Source: a virus. From it: a stretch of 64,000 nt of DNA. Shown one piece after another: positions 18,948 to 27,218 of the stretch. Location of the stretch: the IMG/VR virus record IMGVR_UViG_3300017782_004332, positions 32,001-96,000 of that record. The stretch is one strand, 5' to 3'. The notes beneath the pieces were generated by a model. The model was given only the letters and a program-made list of their open reading frames with translations. It was not told the DNA's origin and did no database searches. Both the position numbers and the translations under genes were made by a program. The stretch's first letter is position 1; each line of letters starts with the position of its first letter.

Positions 18948-20054
18948 ATGCTAAAACATGTTCTCATACATACCGTCCTCTTATTTGGTTTTTCATTCCC
19001 TGCCCTTGCGACTATTGGCGATGTTATCCAACAAGAAGGTAACGCTGTCATTGAACGTGAGGCAGGAGAAATAGTTACAAGCCAAAAAGATACTGATGTG
19101 TTTAGTATGGACACAGTATTAACACAGCAAGGAGCAACTTCTATTCAATTTATAGACGATACAAGAGTTGACGTTACTCCGCATAGTAAATTAGTAATAG
19201 ACGATTTTGTTTATGATCCTAATTCTAAAACAGGTGCTCTGTCGTTAAAAGCATCTTTAGGAACTGTTAGATACGCAAGTGGACAAATAGCAAAAAATTC
19301 AAGACAAAATGTCAAGATAAAAACACCAACAGCAGTGATTGGTGTTAGAGGAACAGATTTTACCATGACCGTCGATGAGACTGGTAGTACTATGGTAATC
19401 CTACTGCCCAGTTGTACAACAAATGGGATATGTATAGTAGGAGAAATTTCAGTGGAGTCAGACGTGGGTATAGTAATACTCAATCAGGCCTTCCAAGTTA
19501 CTTCTGTTGACACTCCTAAGAGTGCTCCACTGAAACCCTTATTGTTAGATCCAACTAATTTGATCATTAATAATATGTTGATTATACGCAAACCTGTGTA
19601 TGACGATGAACAACAAGAATATGAAAGAGTTAGAAAGTTAGGCGACTTCTTAGGCGTTGACTTTTTATCCTTTGATGAACTTAATACAAACTACTTTGCA
19701 GAAAGTGAAAAAGGTCTTTGGATGACCGATTTAGACATAGACTTCTTAGGTCATAACTTTCTTGCAAACGTATTAGATCAAATTAATCAAGCATTAGCAA
19801 GACTTATGCGTGGAGCATTAGACTCAAGACAAAAGGGTATACAGTTAGGTAAAGATCCAGAAACAGGAATAGAATTGTATGATCAAAACCCAGACTGGGT
19901 ATTAAGACGTGATGACGGATTAGGAAACTTTTATGAATTACGTTTAGATCAACAGTATGGTTATAATATTAATATGCAACAGAACGATTTTGAATACAGA
20001 GACTACCAACTTGGAGATGGACAAAATGAAATTGACATTGTCCAAACACAATAA
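18948..20054 (+). CDS. FecR-domain exported protein
   Basis: Signal peptide; D.V.T....IQFIDDTRV, GTVRYASG, IKTPTAVIGVRGTDF, GEISV are FecR motifs. Confidence 0.85.
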   Translation: MLKHVLIHTVLLFGFSFPALATIGDVIQQEGNAVIEREAGEIVTSQKDTDVFSMDTVLTQQGATSIQFIDDTRVDVTPHSKLVIDDFVYDPNSKTGALSLKASLGTVRYASGQIAKNSRQNVKIKTPTAVIGVRGTDFTMTVDETGSTMVILLPSCTTNGICIVGEISVESDVGIVILNQAFQVTSVDTPKSAPLKPLLLDPTNLIINNMLIIRKPVYDDEQQEYERVRKLGDFLGVDFLSFDELNTNYFAESEKGLWMTDLDIDFLGHNFLANVLDQINQALARLMRGALDSRQKGIQLGKDPETGIELYDQNPDWVLRRDDGLGNFYELRLDQQYGYNINMQQNDFEYRDYQLGDGQNEIDIVQTQ

Positions 20055-21517
20055 TGTTTGAGAGATTTATTATAAGATTGGCACTTGTATTATTTGTACT
20101 TATGGTGATGTTAGCATCTAAACCTGTACAGGCTAATGACGCATTTATATATTATAAAAATAGTGGTACCTATGCTACTACAAGCCAGTACAACAACTTA
20201 AAAACAGAACTTGAAGATGCAGGCTTTACTGTTTCAAGTAGCACAAGTGGTACTGTAAGTTCAAGTGATGTGTCAGGTCAGGACCTTGTGATTGATATCA
20301 CAGGTGGTTCAAACTGTGGTAGTACTTGTAAATCAGTGTATGACAGTTATGTTAGTGGTGGTGGTAAATTAGTTATAGTAGGAACCTACGGAGCAACCAA
20401 CAGAAATAGCAGTATAGAAGCACTGATCGAAACTAAGATGAGTGTAGGAAGTTTCACTTTAGGTGGAGGTTGTAGTACTTGTTATAGTTCAGTTGCTGTA
20501 GGAAATTACGCTTCAACAGGTGTAGCAGGTGAGAATGTTTTACCAGGTACAGACCACTATATGTACAGCGTATCTGGTGGTACCGCAATGGCTAATAACT
20601 CCACCAGTAGTTCTAATATAAGAATGTGGCACAAATGGGACTATGGTAGTAATGGTGGAAGTGTAGCAGTTACTTTTGGTTATGGACAATTTCTTTCAAC
20701 TCACACGTATGCAAGTAATATGAATGACTTCTTGTATCGAGCAATGCAAGAAGAAGGATTAATTACAACAGCGTCTTATACTTCAAGCATCAGTAACGCA
20801 CAGACCACACAAATGACAACATCAAGAGGTGTAACACACAATGGTAATGGAATATACATTAATCAAGTAGGCAACAGTAATTCACTTACTATTGTACAAG
20901 ACGGCAATGATAACTTAATAGCAGGTGTTGGTAGTACAACAAACAGTTTAGTTGATGCAGATATTACAGGAAATAACAACACTACTACACTAAAACAAAA
21001 AGGTAACAACAATGTTATGTTGTTTGATATTACAGGCGATTCTAATACGACAACTGTTGATCAAGGTAGTACATCAGGTGCAGATGATAATAGAGTTGAG
21101 TTTGATATTAATGGCGACACTAATACAACAAGTATAACACAAAATCATAACAACGGTATAGGAACTAATGGACACTTCTTTGCATTAGATTTAGATGGTG
21201 ACAACAACAATGTTTTAGCAAGTCAACTCAATGACGGAGATAAAAAAGCATTCCTAAGTGTACAAGGTGATGATAACGACATTGATCTAATACAACAAGG
21301 TGCAGGTTCGCACTATGCAGAAATTGCTGTTGGCAGTGATCAAACTGTTGACATTACACAAGACGGCAGTGGACAACATAACACTTCAGTGTCTATGTCA
21401 GGGTTTAGTGCAACACTTGACCTTGATCAATCTGGTTCAACAAATCAAACATATTCAATAAACCAATCTTGTATAAATGCAAATGGTTGTGGTACAACTA
21501 CTGTAACACAACAATAA
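20054..21517 (+). CDS. Secreted protein: N-terminal alpha/beta domain plus C-terminal curlin-like repeats
   Basis: Signal peptide ending PVQA; from about residue 265 repeats IYINQVGNSN, IVQDGNDN, LKQKGNNN; ends SINQSCINANGCGTTTVTQQ. Confidence 0.75.
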   Translation: MFERFIIRLALVLFVLMVMLASKPVQANDAFIYYKNSGTYATTSQYNNLKTELEDAGFTVSSSTSGTVSSSDVSGQDLVIDITGGSNCGSTCKSVYDSYVSGGGKLVIVGTYGATNRNSSIEALIETKMSVGSFTLGGGCSTCYSSVAVGNYASTGVAGENVLPGTDHYMYSVSGGTAMANNSTSSSNIRMWHKWDYGSNGGSVAVTFGYGQFLSTHTYASNMNDFLYRAMQEEGLITTASYTSSISNAQTTQMTTSRGVTHNGNGIYINQVGNSNSLTIVQDGNDNLIAGVGSTTNSLVDADITGNNNTTTLKQKGNNNVMLFDITGDSNTTTVDQGSTSGADDNRVEFDINGDTNTTSITQNHNNGIGTNGHFFALDLDGDNNNVLASQLNDGDKKAFLSVQGDDNDIDLIQQGAGSHYAEIAVGSDQTVDITQDGSGQHNTSVSMSGFSATLDLDQSGSTNQTYSINQSCINANGCGTTTVTQQ

Positions 21518-21527
21518 TAAATACGTT

Positions 21528-21947
21528 ATGAACAAGAGTAGGTGGCAACGTTTTAAAGAATGGTGGACCATTGATCATGTAGTTGATCTTTGTGTTGATG
21601 CATTGCTTTTAATATGGGAAGTAGTTTCAAGTCCTATTCTTATTGTTGTTAGAATTATTAGACACTTTATAGGTGATTGGTTTGTTGGCGGACTTAAACG
21701 TATTGCCCGAGCAATAGTTCATTGGTTTGCACGTAAGAGAGCATACCGCAAAGAACACGGACACGGAATATTTAGAACCTATTGGTACCTAATACTAACA
21801 AGTCCTTTTATAGCATTTTTCCTTTTTATTTTTCTTGCAATGATAACAGGTATTGCACAAGACCTTCCTGAAATGTTAGAACTGCTAATACGTGGTTGTG
21901 ATTCTTTACAGCCTGCCGCAGAACAATATTGGTGCAATATTAACTAA
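21528..21947 (+). CDS. Hypothetical membrane protein
   Basis: 139 aa with hydrophobic segments; TAAATA 4 nt before ATG. Confidence 0.65.
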   Translation: MNKSRWQRFKEWWTIDHVVDLCVDALLLIWEVVSSPILIVVRIIRHFIGDWFVGGLKRIARAIVHWFARKRAYRKEHGHGIFRTYWYLILTSPFIAFFLFIFLAMITGIAQDLPEMLELLIRGCDSLQPAAEQYWCNIN

Positions 21948-21979
21948 ATATATTTGTTACAAGAGAAGGGCGAGGGTAA

Positions 21980-22462
21980 TTGATTGATCCAATATCAGCG
22001 GTCATGGCCGCAACATCAGCCTTCAGCACAGTCAAGAAGTTTGTAAGTGCTGGACAAGAGTTTGAACAAGTAGCAGGCCAACTTGGCAAATGGTACACAG
22101 CAGTCAGTGACTTCCGCCACGCACAACAAGAACAAAAGAAACCACCCTTATTCAAAAAATTATTTGCCGCAGGTAGTGTAGAAGAAGAAGCACTACAACT
22201 CCTAATACACGAAAAGAAAATCATGGAGCAAGAAAAAGAACTTGCGGTGTTGCTGAACCTACGTTTCGGATACGGGACAATGGAAGAACTCAAAGAGATG
22301 CGTCGAAAGATTAGAACCCAGCGTGAACGCACCATATACAGACAAGCACAACGAAAGAAAGCATTCATTGAAGCAGTGTCAATTGCCGTATTGTTAGGTG
22401 TACTTGTTGTTGCTGTAGGTATTATGTTTTGGTTTATAGGAAAGGCGAAAGGTTTATTTTAA
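21980..22462 (+). CDS. Conserved phage protein with C-terminal TM
   Basis: MIDPISA.. N-terminus, GSVEEEAL motif, coiled coil, TM tail. Confidence 0.7.
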   Translation: MIDPISAVMAATSAFSTVKKFVSAGQEFEQVAGQLGKWYTAVSDFRHAQQEQKKPPLFKKLFAAGSVEEEALQLLIHEKKIMEQEKELAVLLNLRFGYGTMEELKEMRRKIRTQRERTIYRQAQRKKAFIEAVSIAVLLGVLVVAVGIMFWFIGKAKGLF

Positions 22463-22762
22463 TTGAGATATGTTTATGAGAACTATGTTTTTGTAAATGA
22501 TAACAACAAAGGTATACTTTACAAAGACAACACATTGGTGTTCATGGGAAATGCCTGGACTGGCATAAACATATTCTTAAATTCTACAAACCATGCTCAA
22601 GAAGTCCGAGACATGTTTAAATCACAATTAGATCAACGAGAGCAAATTAGATTCAAAGCAGAATCTAAAAAACCCAAAGACCCTGATCCTATACAACGAC
22701 CAGAGCCAAAGAAAGATCCAGTGTTAAGGCGTTCAAGGAATGACCGGAGACTTGTTAGGTGA
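22463..22762 (+). CDS. Hypothetical protein
   Basis: 99 aa, TTG start, tiles between neighbours. Confidence 0.55.
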   Translation: MRYVYENYVFVNDNNKGILYKDNTLVFMGNAWTGINIFLNSTNHAQEVRDMFKSQLDQREQIRFKAESKKPKDPDPIQRPEPKKDPVLRRSRNDRRLVR

Positions 22763-22977
22763 TACACGCATTTATGTTAGTAGTATTGATTGGTGGAGAC
22801 TTACAACCAGCACCTATGTATTTTAGAAGTATTGATGTTTGTCAATACTATGCTAAACGCATACCAAGACAGTATGGAAACTATTCACACAGTAGTTTAG
22901 TACCTTCTGAACACAGAGTTACAGCATATTGTAAGCCTGTAAAAGTCCAGGACGGACCTAACATATACGATCATTAA
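22759..22977 (+). CDS. Small Cys-containing phage protein
   Basis: MIHAFML...YFRSIDVC...AYCKP. Confidence 0.65.
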   Translation: MIHAFMLVVLIGGDLQPAPMYFRSIDVCQYYAKRIPRQYGNYSHSSLVPSEHRVTAYCKPVKVQDGPNIYDH

Positions 22978-23006
22978 GATGGTAAATACAAAACAAAGGA
23001 GTTGTT

Positions 23007-23228
23007 ATGGAAAAAGTAATTAATATCAAAGAAAATGCTCGTGTAGAAGACGAGGATTATGTAAAGTCAAAAGAAGAACGCAAAGCAGTTGAGGCTAATA
23101 AGGCTCCAGCAGTTGAAAAAGGCGTTGACCCTTCAATTGAATATACAGATGAAAATAGAGAAGAAGTAAATGATTCTGATCTAGAAAAACCTGTTCACGC
23201 AGTTGCTACAAGTAAAAATAGAAAATAA
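23007..23228 (+). CDS. Hypothetical charged protein
   Basis: 73 aa, TAAATA and AAGGAG upstream. Confidence 0.65.
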   Translation: MEKVINIKENARVEDEDYVKSKEERKAVEANKAPAVEKGVDPSIEYTDENREEVNDSDLEKPVHAVATSKNRK

Positions 23229-23557
23229 TAGGTTGTGATATGCAGGCTTTGGTCTACAGTCTGCAACAACCAAAATTCCCTATCACTTTCAATAATATTA
23301 TATTTCTTCTTAATATAAGTTTTAGAAAAATCTATATTCCAGTGTGCAATATGATCTATTATTCCTAGCATTAGTGCAATCTGAAAATCTACAAAAAAAG
23401 CACTTATTACAAATGTTAATAATGAATGATGTAGATAATGTATTTGTGCTCGTGGATTAAAATAGAATTGCTTAACCGATCCTGTTACAAAATATCTTTG
23501 TAATGCTAAGTCGGCTATTGTGTGTTTGATACAGTACCAGAAGAAAAGTTCCATCAA
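23195..23557 (-). CDS. DUF3307-like membrane protein
   Basis: KHTIADLALQ, H..HH, H..HWNID..K, DQSLH histidine pattern. Confidence 0.75.
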   Translation of the reverse strand: MMELFFWYCIKHTIADLALQRYFVTGSVKQFYFNPRAQIHYLHHSLLTFVISAFFVDFQIALMLGIIDHIAHWNIDFSKTYIKKKYNIIESDREFWLLQTVDQSLHITTYYFLFLLVATA

Positions 23558-23637
23558 CAGTAATTACCCTCGCTCGTTGGGGACATTGTTATTTACTGGT
23601 TTTGGAAAAATAATAAACACGTAGTTTAAAAAAGTGG

Positions 23638-23666
23638 TTGACCTTTGAGTAGAGTTGTGTTACTAT
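23638..23666 (+). promoter_or_regulatory. Sigma70-type promoter
   Basis: TTGACC-N17-TACTAT. Confidence 0.55.
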
Positions 23667-23703
23667 ATAAACATAGTTAGGAATTAGACAAGAGGAGTAT
23701 TCC

Positions 23704-23967
23704 ATGGCTTACTGGACTCACACTAAAAATCCAATCGGCGCATTTACGGAAAAAGATGTAGGAAACATCTTTGAGTATTCTGTGAATGACGATCAGTTTA
23801 ATATCGACATGCCCCACAAAATATGGGTAGGCGGATTAGTGAATGACTCCGGTTTTAGATATGGCCAAGTTAAAAAAACTGTGGCGTATATCGTTACCGA
23901 CGAAGACGATTATGGATTGCCAGTTGTTCAAAAATGGCAAATTAAAAATCAGCGGGAGTATAGTTAA
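23704..23967 (+). CDS. Hypothetical phage protein
   Basis: 87 aa, strong GAGGAG SD, VKKTVAYIVTDED motif. Confidence 0.75.
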   Translation: MAYWTHTKNPIGAFTEKDVGNIFEYSVNDDQFNIDMPHKIWVGGLVNDSGFRYGQVKKTVAYIVTDEDDYGLPVVQKWQIKNQREYS

Positions 23968-23974
23968 TATCTTA

Positions 23975-24051
23975 CTGCCCGTAGAACAACTGGATAGTTC
24001 ATCAGTCTTCTAAACTGAGGGTTGCAGGTTCGAATCCTGCCGGGCAGGCCA
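23975..24051 (+). tRNA. tRNA-Arg (anticodon TCT)
   Basis: Acceptor CTGCCCG/CGGGCAG, anticodon arm TCAGT-CTTCTAA-ACTGA, T loop TTCGAAT, CCA. Confidence 0.93.
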
Positions 24052-24055
24052 ATTC

Positions 24056-24174
24056 GTAGCACAGAAGTGCTACATTTAAGGAAAGATCTGGGGATCCGTG
24101 AGCGTTGTTTGTATGGGACTCCGTGTTCATAATGAGCCAGATCATCAAGTAGGCGGGTTGGGGGCTGTACTTGG
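24056..24174 (+). ncRNA. Candidate structured non-coding RNA of unknown class
   Basis: GC-rich intergenic stretch with stems GTAGCAC/GTGCTAC, GATCTGG/CCAGATC, TCAAGTA/TACTTGG. Confidence 0.4.
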
Positions 24175-24186
24175 AATAATTAAAAG

Positions 24187-24216
24187 TTGACAAATGACTA
24201 AATATACGTATATAAT
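24187..24216 (+). promoter_or_regulatory. Sigma70-type promoter
   Basis: TTGACA-N18-TATAAT. Confidence 0.6.
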
Positions 24217-24224
24217 TAATTGTT

Positions 24225-24788
24225 ATGCCTAAATATGATAATTGGAATAGTTCTGACGCAGTAGATAGATCGTTACTTGATAACGACATATACTACCTAA
24301 GCGGAGAAATTACTAACGAAAACGTTGGTGAATGTATCAAATGGATTCTTAGTGCAAATTTAGTTAAGAAACCAAAGAGAACCTTAGAACTTTATATTAA
24401 CACAACCGGCGGAGATCTATATGAGATGTTTGCTTTAATTGATGTAATGAAAAACAGTTATCACAATATAAGCACAGTAGGTGTTGGTGCTGTTATGAGT
24501 GCCGGATTTATGATTTTTGCAAGTGGTACAAAAGGATATCGTTGGATTGGTAAGAACACAGGTATTATGAATCATCAACATTCAGACACAATGGAATCTA
24601 AAATGCATGACATGAAAGCACAGATGAAAGAAAATAATAATTGCGAACAAAGATGTATGCAAATTCTTAAAGATGCAACTGGAATGAGTGTCCAGGAAGT
24701 TAACAGTAAATTTATTAAAAATCCTAGTGATCAATATTACACAGCCAAACAATTGGTTGACCTAGGTATAGCAGACGATATATTATAG
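24225..24788 (+). CDS. Divergent ClpP-family protease
   Basis: YYLSGEI, LYINTTGG, GAVMSAG (Ser), MNHQ (His), DQYYTA..LVDLGIAD. Confidence 0.85.
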   Translation: MPKYDNWNSSDAVDRSLLDNDIYYLSGEITNENVGECIKWILSANLVKKPKRTLELYINTTGGDLYEMFALIDVMKNSYHNISTVGVGAVMSAGFMIFASGTKGYRWIGKNTGIMNHQHSDTMESKMHDMKAQMKENNNCEQRCMQILKDATGMSVQEVNSKFIKNPSDQYYTAKQLVDLGIADDIL

Positions 24789-24795
24789 AGGTAAC

Positions 24796-25284
24796 ATGAA
24801 AAAATTTAAAGACAATGTAGACGACTTTTTTAAATGGGTCAAAGGCACAGAACTTGTAGAACTAGACGACATTGATGTAGCAGAAGATCCGGTAAGGCCT
24901 GAACTAACACTAGGATTTAGAATCACGCATGGACGTAAGATTTTTGGGCTAAAGTACGAAAACGAAATTGAAGCAATCGTTTGTACGGCGGCCTGTCCTG
25001 AAGTTCCATTTACTGTAAGAGAAATGGATTACATGTCACAGGCGGCAAATCAGGGTGCTGAAAGAGGTCAAATTCTTGTTGCATACACAGTATGGTCACG
25101 TAAGCGTGGTGCAGGTAAAGAAATTATTAAAAAGTTAGGCGAATATGCAGATACTCAAAACTTTGAGAGACTAGTTACATTATCACCATTAACACCTATG
25201 GCTACCCACTTTCATATCAAGAATGGAGCCAAGCAAGTAAACATTAACGACGAAACTCAAAATTTCGAATATAAGTTAAATTAA
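24796..25284 (+). CDS. Conserved phage protein, possible GNAT-like fold
   Basis: EDPVRPEL, YTVWSRKRGAG, VTLSP..MA.HFHIKNGA. Confidence 0.6.
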   Translation: MKKFKDNVDDFFKWVKGTELVELDDIDVAEDPVRPELTLGFRITHGRKIFGLKYENEIEAIVCTAACPEVPFTVREMDYMSQAANQGAERGQILVAYTVWSRKRGAGKEIIKKLGEYADTQNFERLVTLSPLTPMATHFHIKNGAKQVNINDETQNFEYKLN

Positions 25285-25305
25285 ATACATTGATAGGAGA
25301 AAAAA

Positions 25306-25740
25306 ATGCCAGTTAGATCATTTGCATGTGAAGAATGCGAGATGGAATGGGATCAACTCGTTGGTATAAATGAGACCATTGATGTTTGTCCGAACTGTGG
25401 TTCTAGTAAAGTAGAAAAACAAATCACAGGAGCACCTGTTCTTAGAAAGGGTGAAGAATCTTGGAATGCAAGAAAAGGTAAATGGGAAACTTCTAAAGCA
25501 GTAACTGATAGACATTCTACACAGATGGATGTCGGGTATAGACCAATTGAAGAATCTAGAGTAAAAGAATTTGATAATGTTTATCCAACTGCCGTATATG
25601 GTGAATATGAAGATAGAGTAAGTGTATTACAAAAAGTTGATTACGATCCTAAAGAAATTAAAGATAAAACAAAAGAGTGGGAAAAGAAAATGGAAGGAAA
25701 GGGAGCGACTGTTGGTGTTATTAAACCTAAGTCAAAATAA
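25306..25740 (+). CDS. FmdB-family zinc-ribbon protein
   Basis: MP...F.CEEC...CPNCGS..VEKQIT. Confidence 0.75.
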   Translation: MPVRSFACEECEMEWDQLVGINETIDVCPNCGSSKVEKQITGAPVLRKGEESWNARKGKWETSKAVTDRHSTQMDVGYRPIEESRVKEFDNVYPTAVYGEYEDRVSVLQKVDYDPKEIKDKTKEWEKKMEGKGATVGVIKPKSK

Positions 25741-25745
25741 CTGCC

Positions 25746-26450
25746 ATGTATCTTTCAGAAATCCAACAACCGATTAGTCGAGAAGAAATTGAAATTGCAC
25801 TAGAACCATTTCTTATATTTTTAAGTAGTGGTGATCAACCTCTTAAAAGAAAACACATTGCTAAAAAATTAGAACAAACACTAAAACAATTTGGTGTTGA
25901 TACTGTAAAAGTTATCGCAAGTAAAAATGTAGATAGTGGCGACATGAATATGAACGCCGCATATGACCCGTATGATGACGAAGATGGGTTTGATCCTTTT
26001 ACTATTGATTTAATTTTTAGTGAACAAGATACAGAACTAGAGTTTACTAAAGAAGGAATAGTAAACATTAAAGATAGAATAATTGATGCATTAGAACATG
26101 AAATGATTCATATGCGTCAATATAGATCAAGAAGGTTTGTTCGTCAACGTGAGTATAAGACAAAAGATAAAGAACCTGATGTTAAACGTGCTAAGGAATA
26201 TCTTGGCAACGATGACGAGATTGAAGCATTTGCAAAAAATATTTCAACAGAACTTTTAAGAAAAAGAAATAAAGAAGATGCAATGAATCTTTTACGTAGT
26301 GTAAAAGACACTGCCGGTTTAAAAGACGAACTAGGTTATCTTCTTTCACCTAACCTGTTAGGTTACCTTGCAGTGTGGGGATTTAATACATCACATCCTG
26401 TGATAAAAAAAATGTTAAAAAAAGTATACAATAACATAGAAAACAGTTGA
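25746..26450 (+). CDS. Putative zinc metalloprotease-like phage protein
   Basis: HEMIH (HExxH) followed by EYL...EIEAFA. Confidence 0.65.
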   Translation: MYLSEIQQPISREEIEIALEPFLIFLSSGDQPLKRKHIAKKLEQTLKQFGVDTVKVIASKNVDSGDMNMNAAYDPYDDEDGFDPFTIDLIFSEQDTELEFTKEGIVNIKDRIIDALEHEMIHMRQYRSRRFVRQREYKTKDKEPDVKRAKEYLGNDDEIEAFAKNISTELLRKRNKEDAMNLLRSVKDTAGLKDELGYLLSPNLLGYLAVWGFNTSHPVIKKMLKKVYNNIENS

Positions 26451-26475
26451 CAAAGTTACCATTCGGTAGTATTAT
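26447..26475 (+). promoter_or_regulatory. Sigma70-type promoter for the tRNA cluster
   Basis: TTGACA-N17-TATTAT. Confidence 0.65.
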
Positions 26476-26495
26476 AAGGTATAGTTAGAAACACA

Positions 26496-26581
26496 GCGGG
26501 CGTGGTGGAATAGGTAGACACACAAGACTTAAAATCTTGAGACCACAGGTCGTGCGAGTTCGAGTCTCGCCGCCCGCACCA
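26496..26581 (+). tRNA. tRNA-Leu (anticodon TAA)
   Basis: Acceptor GCGGGCG/CGCCCGC, anticodon arm CAAGA-CTTAAAA-TCTTG, long variable arm, CCA. Confidence 0.93.
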
Positions 26582-26583
26582 AA

Positions 26584-26680
26584 AGAGGAATGAGTATAAA
26601 CATGGTTAAGCCTGTAACCTCTATAAAATTAAGACACAGGTAGGAAACGGTGGCCGCCTTCATAGAAAGGGCCACGCCTA
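26584..26680 (+). ncRNA. Candidate structured RNA (H-type pseudoknot plus hairpin) between tRNA-Leu and tRNA-Trp
   Basis: AGAGG/CCTCT and CCTGT/ACAGG interleaved stems; then TAGG/CCTA and GTGGCC/GGCCAC. Confidence 0.35.
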
Positions 26681-26681
26681 A

Positions 26682-26755
26682 GCCGGGATGGTGTAGTGGC
26701 AACATGATGGTCTCCAAAACCACAGACTGAGGTTCGATTCCTTGTTCCGGTGCCA
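26682..26755 (+). tRNA. tRNA-Trp (anticodon CCA)
   Basis: Acceptor GCCGGGA/TTCCGGT, loop CTCCAAA, T loop TTCGATT, G73, CCA. Confidence 0.9.
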
Positions 26756-26771
26756 ATTAATAGGATTATAT

Positions 26772-26942
26772 ATGTGGGAAATATGGTGCAAAGCAATAGG
26801 AGAAAAAGCATATGAAGATAACAATCGCTCTGACAGAGTTGCAATTATACGCAGTTGCTGGGTGTTGCTACACATTCTTACTTGCCTTGCTATTATCTTA
26901 AATGCAATAGCAAATCACGGCTGGGGATTATTAGGCCTATAA
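26772..26942 (+). CDS. Small membrane protein common in T4-like phages
   Basis: MWEIWCKAIGEKA...SDRVAIIR; start at ATG 26772 after AGGA. Confidence 0.7.
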   Translation: MWEIWCKAIGEKAYEDNNRSDRVAIIRSCWVLLHILTCLAIILNAIANHGWGLLGL

Positions 26943-26955
26943 CAAGGAGATAAAG

Positions 26956-27114
26956 ATGAAAAGCACAAAAAGTGAAGCAGACCAAAAAGCAATTGATGAA
27001 TGGTTAGCAAAAGGAAATAAGATTACTGTCTATCCTAAGTTTCAACGTACTGCTAATACTGATGTAAAATATGCGTGGGGACGAAAGAAGAAGAAGAAAG
27101 AAGAAAAGAAATAA
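26956..27114 (+). CDS. Small basic protein (52 aa)
   Basis: MKSTKSEADQKAIDEWLAKGNKITVYP...; AAGGAG SD; not in ORF track. Confidence 0.65.
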   Translation: MKSTKSEADQKAIDEWLAKGNKITVYPKFQRTANTDVKYAWGRKKKKKEEKK

Positions 27115-27120
27115 TATAGT

Positions 27121-27196
27121 AGGCCTGTAGTTCAGTGGTTAGAACCAACCGCTCATAACGGTTTTGTCGTCGGTTCGAATCCGGCCGGGCCTACCA
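27121..27196 (+). tRNA. tRNA with CAT anticodon, probably Ile2 (lysidine) rather than Met
   Basis: Acceptor AGGCCTG/CGGGCCT, arm AACCG-CTCATAA-CGGTT, paired 1-72, lacks initiator GGG/CCC; resembles tRNA-Ile2. Confidence 0.85.
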
Positions 27197-27218
27197 ACTT
27201 ACTTGAAAGGTAAAGATA

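Noticed and set aside
24002-24289. Minus-strand 95-aa ORF
   Set aside because: Antisense to tRNA-Arg, a promoter and the ClpP-like gene
26584-26640. preQ1-I riboswitch, twister or hammerhead ribozyme
   Set aside because: AGAGG..CCTCT-ATAAAA resembles preQ1-I P1, but the loop is too long and lacks the ligand-pairing C; twister pseudoknot partners and the hammerhead CUGANGA core are missing
26529-26875. Three minus-strand ORFs
   Set aside because: Antisense to tRNA-Leu/tRNA-Trp
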